Counted from the stretch's first letter, positions 1 through 8,847 are shown. The stretch: 32,000 nucleotides of DNA from Thermodesulfobacterium commune DSM 2178 (GCF_000734015.1 NZ_CP008796.1:1620001-1652000), one strand, 5' to 3'. Notes: a model not told the origin generated them from the sequence alone. Translations and numbers: made by a program.

Positions 1-459
1 AATAATACCGTTTATGACAAATAAGCTCATCCAGGCAGAGATGGCGTATAGCAGCGCTACCCTAAGACGCAGTTTGTCAGACAATTCATCGAACTTGTAG
101 TGGTATATCAAAAGAGCTACTATTTCCACAAAGAAAAACACCCATTCTATAGCCCAGAAGAAAACAAACTGATTTATAAGGATTGAGGTAGCCTCAGGGC
201 TTGCAATCCCTATGATAAACCAAATACCTACTCCAGAAACCCCGCCCAAAACCATCGTGATCAAAAGGAAAAACCAGGTATGTTTACGCACAAATTCTCG
301 TAAGTCTTGATCGTTGGTCAACACAGAAAGTCTGTCTGTATACCAGAGAAAGATTCCTCCTCCTACGGCAAAATGAGAAATAAAAACATGAAAAACCGCA
401 ATAATTGCTACCCAAAGCCCAGGATTTATAAAATAAGTTTCCCAAACAGGATAGTTCAT
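1..459 (-). CDS. Integral membrane protein, N-terminal part only (gene runs off the window start); possibly cytochrome bd subunit-I-like superfamily
   Basis: My own translation of the minus strand from ATG 459..457 is open to position 1: MNYPVWETYFINPGLWVAIIAVFHVFISHFAVGGGIFLWY...FWAIEWVFFFVEIVALLIYHY...SAWMSLFVINGII. It is not in the ORF track because it is truncated. The ATG overlaps the TGA of the upstream gene (ATGA at 459..456). The hydrophobic helices and the His / E-x-x-x-x-x-x-E pattern loosely resemble CydA N-termini. Confidence 0.5.
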   Translation of the reverse strand, partial: MNYPVWETYFINPGLWVAIIAVFHVFISHFAVGGGIFLWYTDRLSVLTNDQDLREFVRKHTWFFLLITMVLGGVSGVGIWFIIGIASPEATSILINQFVFFWAIEWVFFFVEIVALLIYHYKFDELSDKLRLRVALLYAISAWMSLFVINGII

Positions 460-1499
460 ACTTTTCTTCCTTCCTGCTTAGAGAAACTATGTTTTAAAAA
501 GTAATACACTGTAACAATTCCTAACCCCAAAAACAGTAAAAACAACAAGAAAACATCCATTTGAGGAGAAAATTGCAACAGTTCTGTTTGATAGTAAGAA
601 GACAACTGAAGGGTTCTTAAGTTAAACCTGTTTACTACCATAAAAATAAGGGTAAGTATAAAAAACGATGTGGTTAGTTTTAAGTGATGCTTTTTACTAA
701 AATATAGAGAACCGATAACAAAAACAATGCTTAAGTAAAAAAAGAAAGCAACTTTTGGGGCATTGCCTAAAAATAAGCCTCTTATCTCTGAAGGTAGAGA
801 TAATAGAAAAGCTATTCCTACTCCTATTTGCAACAGGGTTAAGTAAAAAAATAGGTTTAGCCCTTTTATAAGGCATATTTTATCGTTTTTATAATGTCCC
901 AAAACCCCTAAGCTCAAACCGCTTACAGCCAAAGACCCTGCCAAAAAATGTAGATATTTAAAATATAGATAAGGTATATCTAAGGGCAGATAGGTGCCTT
1001 TTCTATTAGCAAAATAGACGTGCCATTTTTCTGGGTTTTCCAGAAGGGTAAGGTTGCTTACCAAGATAAAGGCTATATAAAGAAGGATAAAAGCCTGAAT
1101 AAAAATAAAAGGTTTAAAAGGCTTTTGAGAAGAACTTTTCTTAGAGATGAGGTAAGAAAGATAGTAGACAAAGATAACAGAAGGGATGATAAGCATCCAA
1201 TGGGTAGCAAGTATGATAGAACTCGTATAAAAAAGAGGTCCGTATACTACCTGAAGGAAAAGAAGGGCAGGGATGGCCATGTTGATAGCTAAGGCAAACA
1301 GAATCGGTTTTTTCTTAAAAAAAAGACGAGCAGTTTCCGGAAGGAAGGTTTCTTTTAACTGTTGGTATGTAAAAAACAGCGACCATCCTAAAATAAGATT
1401 GATAAGCAAGATATGGACGAGAAAAAAGGTATGCTCCAGAAAATTCAAGATTGAAGGATAAAAGGGAAGTTTTTCAGGATAAAAAACCAAACTTTCCAT
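456..1499 (-). CDS. Polytopic integral membrane protein of unknown function (347 aa)
   Basis: Long ORF that is almost entirely hydrophobic helices. Its stop overlaps the start of the downstream membrane-protein gene (ATGA). I recognise no family motif. Confidence 0.6.
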   Translation of the reverse strand: MESLVFYPEKLPFYPSILNFLEHTFFLVHILLINLILGWSLFFTYQQLKETFLPETARLFFKKKPILFALAINMAIPALLFLQVVYGPLFYTSSIILATHWMLIIPSVIFVYYLSYLISKKSSSQKPFKPFIFIQAFILLYIAFILVSNLTLLENPEKWHVYFANRKGTYLPLDIPYLYFKYLHFLAGSLAVSGLSLGVLGHYKNDKICLIKGLNLFFYLTLLQIGVGIAFLLSLPSEIRGLFLGNAPKVAFFFYLSIVFVIGSLYFSKKHHLKLTTSFFILTLIFMVVNRFNLRTLQLSSYYQTELLQFSPQMDVFLLFLLFLGLGIVTVYYFLKHSFSKQEGRKV

Positions 1500-1506
1500 A
1501 TAAAAA

Positions 1507-1535
1507 ATTTTAGAAAAAGTTTAAAAATAAGTCAA
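1507..1535 (-). promoter_or_regulatory. Sigma70-like promoter TTGACT-17 nt-TAAAAT, placed to give a leaderless mRNA for the 347-aa membrane protein
   Basis: Minus strand reads TTGACT (1535..1530), a 17-nt spacer, TAAAAT (1512..1507), then TTTTTAT and ATG at 1499. There is no Shine-Dalgarno sequence. Confidence 0.4.
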
Positions 1536-1714
1536 GAAAAAATCGCAATTGTAGATAGATTTAAAATTAAAAATTTTTTTTATAACATCTTTTTTAAATC
1601 ATTAAAAAAGGAGACACTACCAAAGCTTGCATAGAATTGAAAAAATTAGAAAACAATCCTGATTTACACCAGCAAATAACTCTTCTTAAAGAATTTTGCC
1701 AAAAATAATCACAC

Positions 1715-2146
1715 TTAAAGTTCTTTGATTTCTTCCCAGGATAAAAGATGAACCCCTTTTTCCTGTAATAAATCTATGGTTTTATCTAAGTTGTTAGTCC
1801 TTAAAACCACCACTGCTTTTTCTCCAGATTTTTCTACAAAAGCATAGATATACTCTACGTTTATGTCTGCATCGTAAAGATGTTTAAGTACTCCTGCCAG
1901 TCCTCCAGGTTCATCTTTTATCCCTACGGCAACCACGTTGGTTATCTTAGTGGTAAACCCTGCTTCTTCTAAAACTTTTTTAGCCTCCTCAGGTTGTGGC
2001 ACTATCATTCGTAGAATTCCAAATTCAGAGGTGTCAGCTATAGACAAAGCTCTTATGTTTATCCCGTGGTCTGCTATAGCCTTTAAAGCTTCATAAAGCC
2101 TACCTTTTTTATTTTCTAAAAACACCGATATCTGTTTAATCTTCAT
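1715..2146 (-). CDS. ACT-domain protein (tandem ACT, 143 aa), partner of the adjacent PaaK-type ligase
   Basis: MKIKQISVFLENKKGRLYEALKAIADHGINIRALS...KDEPGGLAGVLKHL is the typical beta-alpha-beta-beta-alpha-beta ACT signature, seen twice. The gene lies 15 nt downstream of the ligase gene. Confidence 0.8.
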   Translation of the reverse strand: MKIKQISVFLENKKGRLYEALKAIADHGINIRALSIADTSEFGILRMIVPQPEEAKKVLEEAGFTTKITNVVAVGIKDEPGGLAGVLKHLYDADINVEYIYAFVEKSGEKAVVVLRTNNLDKTIDLLQEKGVHLLSWEEIKEL

Positions 2147-2161
2147 ACCAATCCTCCTGGT

Positions 2162-3466
2162 TTATTTAAGATTACGTTTGTCGATGATCCTTTTGGCTTT
2201 ACCCTCACTTCTCGGGATAGATTTAGGTTCAACCAACGTCACCTTAACCCTTACCCCAACCGTTTGTTCTATCTTCTTTTCTAAACGTTTTCTTAGGGTT
2301 TCTATCGTTTTTACGTCGTCTGAAAAGATTTCCTTAGACATCTCTACTTGTACCTCCACTTCATCCAGATAATGAGGACGGGTAAGGATGATTTGATAAT
2401 GAGGTTCTACCCCCTGTACCTCAAGGATAGCCTGTTCTATTTGATATGGAAAGATCATCACACCCCTTACCTTGATCATGTCGTCAGACCTTCCTTTAAT
2501 CCGTTCTATCTTTGCCAGGGTCCTTCCACAAGCACATTTTTCTCTATGGAGGGTGGTGATATCCCTTGTCCTAAACCTTATCATCGGCATACCTTCTCTG
2601 GTTAAACTAGTTAAAACTAACTCTCCTTCTTGTCCCTCAGGCAGAGGTTCTCCTGTTTCAGGGTCTATGATTTCTGGGTAAAAATGGTCCTCCCACACAT
2701 GAAGGCCTTGCTGAGCAGGACATTCATGGGCTACTCCAGGCCCGATAATCTCCGTTAATCCATAAACATTGTAAGCTTTAATCCCCATTCTTCTTTCTAT
2801 CTCCTTTCTCATTTCTTCAGTCCACATCTCTGCGCCAAAACTTCCTATTCTAAGCTTTAAGGTTGAAAGGTCTATACCCATCTCTTCTTTTGCATACTCA
2901 GTCAGATAAAGAGCGTAAGAAGGTGTACAGGCTAAGAAGGTGGTTCCAAAATCTTTCATAAGTTCTATCTGCCTTCTTGTATTTCCGGCTGAAGCAGGAA
3001 CTACCGTTGCTCCTATTTTCTGAGCTCCATAATGAAAACCTAACCCTCCGGTAAACATACCGTAACCATAGGCTATCTGAACGATATCGTCCTTGGTAGC
3101 CCCTACCATAACCAAACAACGGGCCATTACTTCAGCCCAAAGGGCGATGTCTTTAACCGTATATCCGGCAACCACAGGTTTTCCAGTGGTACCACTTGAG
3201 GTATGAATTTCGACTATCTCTGAGAGAGGTACGGCAAACAATCCAAAGGGATAAGCCTCTCTCATATCAGTCTTACTGGTAAAAGGAAGGTATTTAATAT
3301 CTTCCAAAGACCTGATATCTTCAGGCTTAATCCCTGCTTCATCAAATTTTTTACGATAAAAAGGCACTTTTTCGTAAACTCGTCTGACTACCTCTTTTAA
3401 CCTTTGAAGCTGGATTTCTCTTAATTTTTCTTGGTCTATGCATTCTAACTGCTGGTCCCAAAACAT
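2162..3466 (-). CDS. paaK: Phenylacetate-CoA ligase family adenylate-forming enzyme (PaaK-like), paralog B
   Basis: Motifs [10 protein letters not shown] (AMP-binding P-loop), YGLTE, RFRTRD and [11 protein letters not shown] are characteristic of PaaK/F390-synthetase type ligases. I chose the start at ATG 3466 (MFWDQQ...) because GGAGGA lies 8 nt upstream. The ORF-track start at 3490 is less likely. Confidence 0.85.
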   Translation of the reverse strand: MFWDQQLECIDQEKLREIQLQRLKEVVRRVYEKVPFYRKKFDEAGIKPEDIRSLEDIKYLPFTSKTDMREAYPFGLFAVPLSEIVEIHTSSGTTGKPVVAGYTVKDIALWAEVMARCLVMVGATKDDIVQIAYGYGMFTGGLGFHYGAQKIGATVVPASAGNTRRQIELMKDFGTTFLACTPSYALYLTEYAKEEMGIDLSTLKLRIGSFGAEMWTEEMRKEIERRMGIKAYNVYGLTEIIGPGVAHECPAQQGLHVWEDHFYPEIIDPETGEPLPEGQEGELVLTSLTREGMPMIRFRTRDITTLHREKCACGRTLAKIERIKGRSDDMIKVRGVMIFPYQIEQAILEVQGVEPHYQIILTRPHYLDEVEVQVEMSKEIFSDDVKTIETLRKRLEKKIEQTVGVRVKVTLVEPKSIPRSEGKAKRIIDKRNLK

Positions 3467-3507
3467 CGTATTTATCCTCCTTCCACACATTTTTTATTTT
3501 TTATATA

Positions 3508-3927
3508 TTAGACAAGCTTTAAAAGTTCAAATCCGTTGTCTTTTAGTTTTTCAAGGACTTCTTCAAAATTTTCTACCTCAAAAATAAAATAGGCCTTTTC
3601 CCTGCTTTCTGCTACATAAACCAAAGCATTTTCTATGTTTATTCCTTTAGAAGAAATAAACTTTACTACTTCATAGAGACCACCTGGTTTGTCTTTCATC
3701 TCAATACCTAATGCAGGGTTTAAAGCTACCACAAACCCATTTTTTTTGAAAAGTTCATAGGCTTCATGAGGTTTGTCTACTAAAAATTTTATGATACCAA
3801 AATCTTTGGCATCTGTGATAGAAAATCCAAGTATGTTGATGTTTGCCTCTGCCAGCAGTTTGGTAATTTTTTCAAGCTTGCCAGGTTTGTTTTCCACAAA
3901 TATAGAGATAATTTCTACCTTATACAT
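3508..3927 (-). CDS. ACT-domain protein (139 aa), partner of PaaK paralog A
   Basis: IISIFVENKPGKLEKITKLLAEANINILGFS...KDKPGGLYEVVKFI has the same two-ACT architecture as 1715..2146, at roughly one-third identity by eye. Confidence 0.8.
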   Translation of the reverse strand: MYKVEIISIFVENKPGKLEKITKLLAEANINILGFSITDAKDFGIIKFLVDKPHEAYELFKKNGFVVALNPALGIEMKDKPGGLYEVVKFISSKGINIENALVYVAESREKAYFIFEVENFEEVLEKLKDNGFELLKLV

Positions 3928-3952
3928 AAAAGCCTCCTAAATGTTTCTGAAT

Positions 3953-5254
3953 TTATAAAGTCCTTTTATCTATCACCCTTTTAGCTTTACCTTCACTTAC
4001 AGGTAAAGTTCCAGGTTCTAACAACTCTACCTTAGGCTTAACCAAGATAGCTTCTCTCAGTTTTTCTACTATTTCTTCTTTTAGTTTAAGCAACCTTTCT
4101 ATTCTTCCGTCAAAAAATTCTCTGTCTATTTCTACCTTCACTATCATTTCATCGTAGTTTTCAAGCACTATCTGATAGTTTTGAGCTACTCCTTTGATAC
4201 CCATCAACACAGCTTCTATCTGCTGCGGAAAGATGTTTACCCCTCTGACGATGAACATATCGTCTGCACGTCCCAAAATCCTGCTAATTCTTCTATGGGT
4301 CCTTCCACAGGCACAAGGTTCTGTAAAAAAGAACGTGAGGTCCCTTGTTCGATAGCGAATAAGAGGCATTCCCTCACGGTTAAGTGAAGTTAACACTAAT
4401 TCTCCTATCTCCCCTTCTTTAACAGGATCTCCGGTTTCAGGGTTTACGATTTCTACTAAAAAGGCATCTTCCCATATGTGTAGTCCCTCTTTATACACAC
4501 ACTCAAATCCTACTCCAGGACCTCCCATCTCAGATAAACCATAACAATTGTAAACGTCAATCCCTAAGAGTTCTTCTATTTTTTTTCTGGTTTCTTCAGT
4601 ATAAGGTTCTGCTCCTAAATAGGCTCTTTTAAGCTTTAGGTCCCTTCTTGGGTCAAGGCCTTTGTTTAAGATTACAGAGGCTACATAAAGGGCATAGCTT
4701 GGGGTCATGTGAAAACAAGTAGTACCAAAGGTCTTCATAAGTTCTATCTGTCTTTCCGTATTCCCAGGACCAGCAGGAATTACCAAAACCCCTAATTTTT
4801 CAGCTCCGTAATGCATTACCAAAGCTCCGGTAAAAAGTCCATAGGTCATAGAGTTTTGAAGAACATCTCCTCGTGTGGTGCCTGTCATAACTAAATTCCT
4901 TGCGATCAACTCTGCCTGAGCGTCTATATCCTTTTTGGTAAAAAATAAAGCCTTTGGTTTCCCGGTGGTACCACTTGAGGTGTGTAGTCTTACCACCTCT
5001 TCTAAAGGTACGGCTAAAAGCCCATAAGGATAGTCTACAAACAAGTCTTCCTTGGTGGTAAAAGGTAATCTTACCACATCTTCTAACGACTTTATGTCTT
5101 CAGGTTTTACCTTTGCTTCTTCAAACTTTTTACGATAATGGGGTACCCTTTCATAAACTAACGTTACCACCTTTTTAAGTTTTTCTAACTGCAGGGCTTT
5201 TAGATCTTGTTGAGGCATAGTCTCTATCTTTGGATCCCAAAAGTTTACCTCCAC
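3953..5254 (-). CDS. paaK: Phenylacetate-CoA ligase family adenylate-forming enzyme (PaaK-like), paralog A
   Basis: [21 protein letters not shown] and GRADDMFIVRG motifs. GTG start at 5254 with GGAGGG 7 nt upstream. About half of the residues are identical to paralog B by eye. Confidence 0.85.
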   Translation of the reverse strand: MEVNFWDPKIETMPQQDLKALQLEKLKKVVTLVYERVPHYRKKFEEAKVKPEDIKSLEDVVRLPFTTKEDLFVDYPYGLLAVPLEEVVRLHTSSGTTGKPKALFFTKKDIDAQAELIARNLVMTGTTRGDVLQNSMTYGLFTGALVMHYGAEKLGVLVIPAGPGNTERQIELMKTFGTTCFHMTPSYALYVASVILNKGLDPRRDLKLKRAYLGAEPYTEETRKKIEELLGIDVYNCYGLSEMGGPGVGFECVYKEGLHIWEDAFLVEIVNPETGDPVKEGEIGELVLTSLNREGMPLIRYRTRDLTFFFTEPCACGRTHRRISRILGRADDMFIVRGVNIFPQQIEAVLMGIKGVAQNYQIVLENYDEMIVKVEIDREFFDGRIERLLKLKEEIVEKLREAILVKPKVELLEPGTLPVSEGKAKRVIDKRTL

Positions 5255-5282
5255 CTTTCCACCCTCCTAAGGTTTATCAATT

Positions 5283-7214
5283 TTAGTTTTCGTAAATGAT
5301 TTTTCCCATATGCCTTACGTCGTATCCTCCTAAGTTTACCACCATCTTTTTAAACTCTTCGTCATTTCTGATTATGTCTAAAAAGGCCTGAACCATCTCT
5401 AAGTCTAAAAATTCCTTGGGAATAAGGATATCATAACGTTCTTCTGCTAAAGGTATAAAATCTAAATCTAAAGCCTTAGCCGCCGCATAAATCCCAAGCC
5501 CTACATCAGCCCTTCCACTCGCAACCGCCTGAGCTACTCCCATATGAGTATATTCTTCTTGGTCATAACCTCTTATCTGAGAAGGATTTATTCCTAAATC
5601 CTTCAAATGTTTGTCAAGAAGAAGCCTTGTTCCTGAACCAGCTTGTCTGTTGATAAACACCACATCTTCTCGAGTAAGGTCAGAAAAACTAAAGATGTTT
5701 TTAGGATTACCTTTTTTTACGATAAACCCTTGTATCCTGTAAACTAGATTTACCAATACTACCGAACGTTCAGGCAAGATTCTTTTAATAAAAGGTATGT
5801 TATATTCTCCGGTTGTTTCATCTAAAAGGTGTGTGCCTGCAAGATGGGCTTCTCCTTTCTTGATAGCTATAAGACCTCCCATAGATCCTACATGAGCTGA
5901 AGAAAGAGAAATATGAGGATATTTCCTACGTAAGAAGTTGTAGACCACATCAAGGGTATTGTCATGGCTTCCTATACACACTAAGGTGTAATCTATCTCT
6001 TCTTTGTTTCTCCAGAGAAACACCTCTACCTCTTTCCCAGGAGAAAATCCCTCAATACCTGCTGGGATCCATAGATAACCGTCTGCCCTAACCACTGACA
6101 TAAGTAATCCAGCTCCTCTCCCCAAAGGAGAAACTATGTACTTTTCTCCTACCTTTCCCACCTTTACCCTTACAAATTCATCTACTCCTACAGGAGAAGA
6201 AAGTTGACGAGAAAGAAGGCCTTTGATCTTTTCTTCCTTGGGTAGTTTAGCCCCTAAGTAAAGCTCAATAAGAGGTCTTACAAAAAGTTGATAACAAAAG
6301 ATGGCTGAAACTGGATAACCAGGTATTCCTAAAACAGGTTTATTTTTACAAAAACTTGCGATAAAGGGCTTCCCTGGTTTGATAGCTACCCCGTTAATTA
6401 TAACCTCTCCTAACTCACTTAACACCTTATAGGTAAAGTCTTCCTTACCATAGCCTGAACCAGCATTTAAGAGTACCATATCATTTTCTATCAAAGCTTT
6501 TTCTATAGAAGATTTTATAGAAAACTCATCATCTTTAGCTATAGGATAAACTTTAACCTCAGCTCCGTCTTTTTCTAAAAGTCCTTTCAAAACAGAAGAG
6601 TTATATTCTATCAAGCTGGGTGGGTTAAGACCTTCTTTTTCAGCCTCTTCAGGAGTTAACAATTCAGAACCTGTAGGAATAATGCCTACCTTGGGTTTTT
6701 TTCTTACTACAACCTCTAAGATACCACTTGCCAACATAGCCCCGATTTCAAAGGGTCTTATAAAATGATTTTCTGGAATGATCATCTCAGTAGCCACGAT
6801 GTCTTCTCCCACAGGACGGACGTCATGGTAAGGGGGATAAGATTTGTATATCTCGATAAAACCTTCTTTAACATTAACCTCTTCTACCGGAATAACTGCA
6901 TCAAACCCCTCAGGTAAAGGGTCACCTGTCTCTATCCAGAGGGCTTGCTCTCCTATTTTTAAAAGCACAGGGTCTTTTTCTGTAGCGTTAAAGGTATCTT
7001 TAGAATGAACAGCATAACCATCCATCGCAGCTGAATGGAAATAAGGAGACGAACGTTTAGCAAATACAGGCTCTGCTGTGACCCTTCCTAAGGCTTCTTT
7101 AACCTTTATCTTTTCTGCAGGAAGAGGATGAAATACCCTTTGTTTAAAATTTTGGATCAAGCTGTGTAAAGCTTCCTCAAGACTTAAGATTTCATGAAAA
7201 ACCTTTTTTCCCAT
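5283..7214 (-). CDS. moeA: Molybdopterin molybdenum/tungsten transferase MoeA fused to a C-terminal periplasmic-binding-protein-like (oxyanion-binding type) domain, 643 aa
   Basis: The N-terminal ~400 aa carry MoeA hallmarks (SPYFHSAAMDGYAV, VRPVGEDI, IPTGSEL, AIKPGKP, GIPGYPVS). The C-terminal ~230 aa (GSHDNTLD...NRQAGSGTR...GVAQAVASGRADVGLG) look like the PBP_like domain found fused to MoeA in anaerobes and archaea. The start ATG shares one nucleotide with the fdhE stop (TAATG). Confidence 0.85.
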   Translation of the reverse strand: MGKKVFHEILSLEEALHSLIQNFKQRVFHPLPAEKIKVKEALGRVTAEPVFAKRSSPYFHSAAMDGYAVHSKDTFNATEKDPVLLKIGEQALWIETGDPLPEGFDAVIPVEEVNVKEGFIEIYKSYPPYHDVRPVGEDIVATEMIIPENHFIRPFEIGAMLASGILEVVVRKKPKVGIIPTGSELLTPEEAEKEGLNPPSLIEYNSSVLKGLLEKDGAEVKVYPIAKDDEFSIKSSIEKALIENDMVLLNAGSGYGKEDFTYKVLSELGEVIINGVAIKPGKPFIASFCKNKPVLGIPGYPVSAIFCYQLFVRPLIELYLGAKLPKEEKIKGLLSRQLSSPVGVDEFVRVKVGKVGEKYIVSPLGRGAGLLMSVVRADGYLWIPAGIEGFSPGKEVEVFLWRNKEEIDYTLVCIGSHDNTLDVVYNFLRRKYPHISLSSAHVGSMGGLIAIKKGEAHLAGTHLLDETTGEYNIPFIKRILPERSVVLVNLVYRIQGFIVKKGNPKNIFSFSDLTREDVVFINRQAGSGTRLLLDKHLKDLGINPSQIRGYDQEEYTHMGVAQAVASGRADVGLGIYAAAKALDLDFIPLAEERYDILIPKEFLDLEMVQAFLDIIRNDEEFKKMVVNLGGYDVRHMGKIIYEN

Positions 7215-7966
7215 TACTTAATCTCCCTTATCCCTAAAATGTTAGGAGACCTTCTAATAAAGCCACGTTCCTGGGCAACTACCTCTAAAGGAAGGCTTAT
7301 CAGGTCTATAAGATAAGGGTCAGGATATTTTAAATACAAGGGAATGGTTTCTTTAAAACTTTTTACATAACTTTTGCAGTCCTTACAAAGTTCAACCCTT
7401 ATTTCATCTTCATCTACCAAAAGGTCTATCTTTTCACAGCTAGTATGACCACAATAACCGCATCCAATCCTTGGTCCTTCTTCTTTATAACCACAAACAG
7501 GACAAAGAAAATAACGTTTGTTGTTTTCATCTATAACCGATAAAGAATAAAACTCTCCACATACAAGGCATCTTTTCCGATCTTCTGAATTGGGCTTATT
7601 CTTTCTATCTTCTAAAGCAAGTTTTCTAAAAAGAGGCATACTTAACAAAAAGAGCATTCTCTTTATCTCTTCCTCAGAACTTTCTTCCCCAAAGAAGGCT
7701 ATTTCCCATAATTTTTTAGGATAATACAAGACCTCTTCTTCTTTACCTTCTAACCCCTCTTTTAAAAAAGAAATAAATTCATAAGGTACCTCAAAGGTTT
7801 TTCCAAAAATCTCTAAAAGTTTATCCAGGCTTTTTACAGGATCCTCGGTTTTAAGAATTTTTTCACATTCTTTGTTAAACCCTGCTACCTTGTCATATAA
7901 ACTTAAAACCTCTTTTAAATGTGGTTTTTCTGTGATAAGTTTTTCTATCCAAATCTTTAAATCCAT
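7214..7966 (-). CDS. fdhE: Formate dehydrogenase accessory/maturation protein FdhE-like
   Basis: Four CxxC pairs in the C-terminal half (CLVCG...CPVCG...CGYCG...CKDCKSY), the rubredoxin-like arrangement typical of FdhE. Located next to fdhAB. I chose the start at ATG 7966 (MDLKIW...) with AAGGAG 6 nt upstream. The alternative is the GTG at 8005. Confidence 0.75.
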   Translation of the reverse strand: MDLKIWIEKLITEKPHLKEVLSLYDKVAGFNKECEKILKTEDPVKSLDKLLEIFGKTFEVPYEFISFLKEGLEGKEEEVLYYPKKLWEIAFFGEESSEEEIKRMLFLLSMPLFRKLALEDRKNKPNSEDRKRCLVCGEFYSLSVIDENNKRYFLCPVCGYKEEGPRIGCGYCGHTSCEKIDLLVDEDEIRVELCKDCKSYVKSFKETIPLYLKYPDPYLIDLISLPLEVVAQERGFIRRSPNILGIREIK

Positions 7967-8020
7967 TTTTTTCTCCTTCTTGTTTTTGATTGAATTTTTG
8001 ACCACATTACTTCTATAATA

Positions 8021-8068
8021 ACTTAAGATAAAAAAGAAGAAAGGGGGAGAAAATACCTCCCCCTTTCT
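8021..8068 (-). terminator. Rho-independent terminator (or attenuator) between fdhB and fdhE
   Basis: Perfect 12-bp inverted repeat AGAAAGGGGGAG (8038-8049) / CTCCCCCTTTCT (8057-8068) with a 7-nt loop. On the minus strand it is followed by UCUUUUUUAUCUU. Confidence 0.55.
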
Positions 8069-8094
8069 GTAAGATTTTAGTTTTTTTCTTTTTT

Positions 8095-8823
8095 CTATCC
8101 TTTTATCAACCCTATGTCTTTAAGCACAGAAGGTGAAAGGGCAACTCCTTTTTCGATGAGGGTTCTTAGCATCTGTCCCATAGCGATCAAGTTTTCAGGT
8201 TTTTTCGGATTTTCTGCTAAGTTATACTCTTTAGGAGAAGCCTTTAGAGCATACACTACCCCCAAGCCTCCTAACTCTGTTTCTCCATAAAGTACAGAGT
8301 ATCCTTCTGCTTTAGCCTCTTTAATCAATTCTTCGCGGTTTCCATACTTGATGGCTTCGGTAGGACAGGTTTTAGCACAAGCTGGACTAAGCCCAGCTTT
8401 AACCCTGTCGATGCAGAAATGGCACTTAGAAATCTTTCCGTTTTTATCATACCTTGGTATGTTAAAAGGACATGCGGCTTGACAGGCCTGACATCCGATA
8501 CACTGAGTTTTATCATAATAAACTATACCAGTTTCAGCATCTTTTTTAAGAGCCTTTACAGGGCAGATTTCTACACAGGCAGGTTCTCCACAGTGTAAAC
8601 ACCTGTGACTTACAAACAACCATTGAACTTCACCTTTTTCGTTCACTTTTTCGATAAACCTGATACGGTTATAGGTGTATCCGGTGAGGTCTGGTGGGTT
8701 TTCATGGGTTCCGTTGTTTTTGGTCTCTTCTGCTGGTAAGTCATTCCAGGACTTGCAAGCCACCTGACAACCTCTGCATCCTATACAAAGGTCTGGAGTT
8801 ATTAATAAAGCTTTGCGTGCCAT
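8095..8823 (-). CDS. fdhB: Formate dehydrogenase iron-sulfur (beta) subunit, four [4Fe-4S]-type, soluble (no TM anchor)
   Basis: Ferredoxin motifs CIGCRGCQVAC, CLHCGEPACVEICP, CIGCQACQAACP and CHFCIDR...CAKTCP. No C-terminal hydrophobic helix. GGAGGA lies 6 nt before the ATG. Confidence 0.85.
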   Translation of the reverse strand: MARKALLITPDLCIGCRGCQVACKSWNDLPAEETKNNGTHENPPDLTGYTYNRIRFIEKVNEKGEVQWLFVSHRCLHCGEPACVEICPVKALKKDAETGIVYYDKTQCIGCQACQAACPFNIPRYDKNGKISKCHFCIDRVKAGLSPACAKTCPTEAIKYGNREELIKEAKAEGYSVLYGETELGGLGVVYALKASPKEYNLAENPKKPENLIAMGQMLRTLIEKGVALSPSVLKDIGLIKG

Positions 8824-8847
8824 ACTTTTCCTCCTTTTAATTTTTTC

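Noticed and set aside
1020-1461. Lys/Arg-rich plus-strand ORFs 1020..1292 and 1273..1461, and 307..504.
   Set aside because: They are antisense to hydrophobic membrane-protein genes. An AT-rich, Phe/Leu-rich coding strand gives Lys-rich antisense frames. None has an RBS.
2178-4387. ORFs of 64-85 aa antisense to the PaaK genes (2178..2372, 2348..2605, 2472..2681, 4181..4387), and a same-strand alternate-frame ORF (2898..3119).
   Set aside because: They are embedded in strongly supported ligase genes and have no RBS or motifs. Shadow ORFs.
2162-5254. The tandem PaaK-ACT / PaaK-ACT arrangement, considered as a recent segmental duplication or DNA repeat.
   Set aside because: The two copies are strongly diverged at the protein level (about half identity for the ligases, about one third for the ACT proteins) and I saw no nucleotide-level repeat. 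These are ancient paralogs, not a repeat element.
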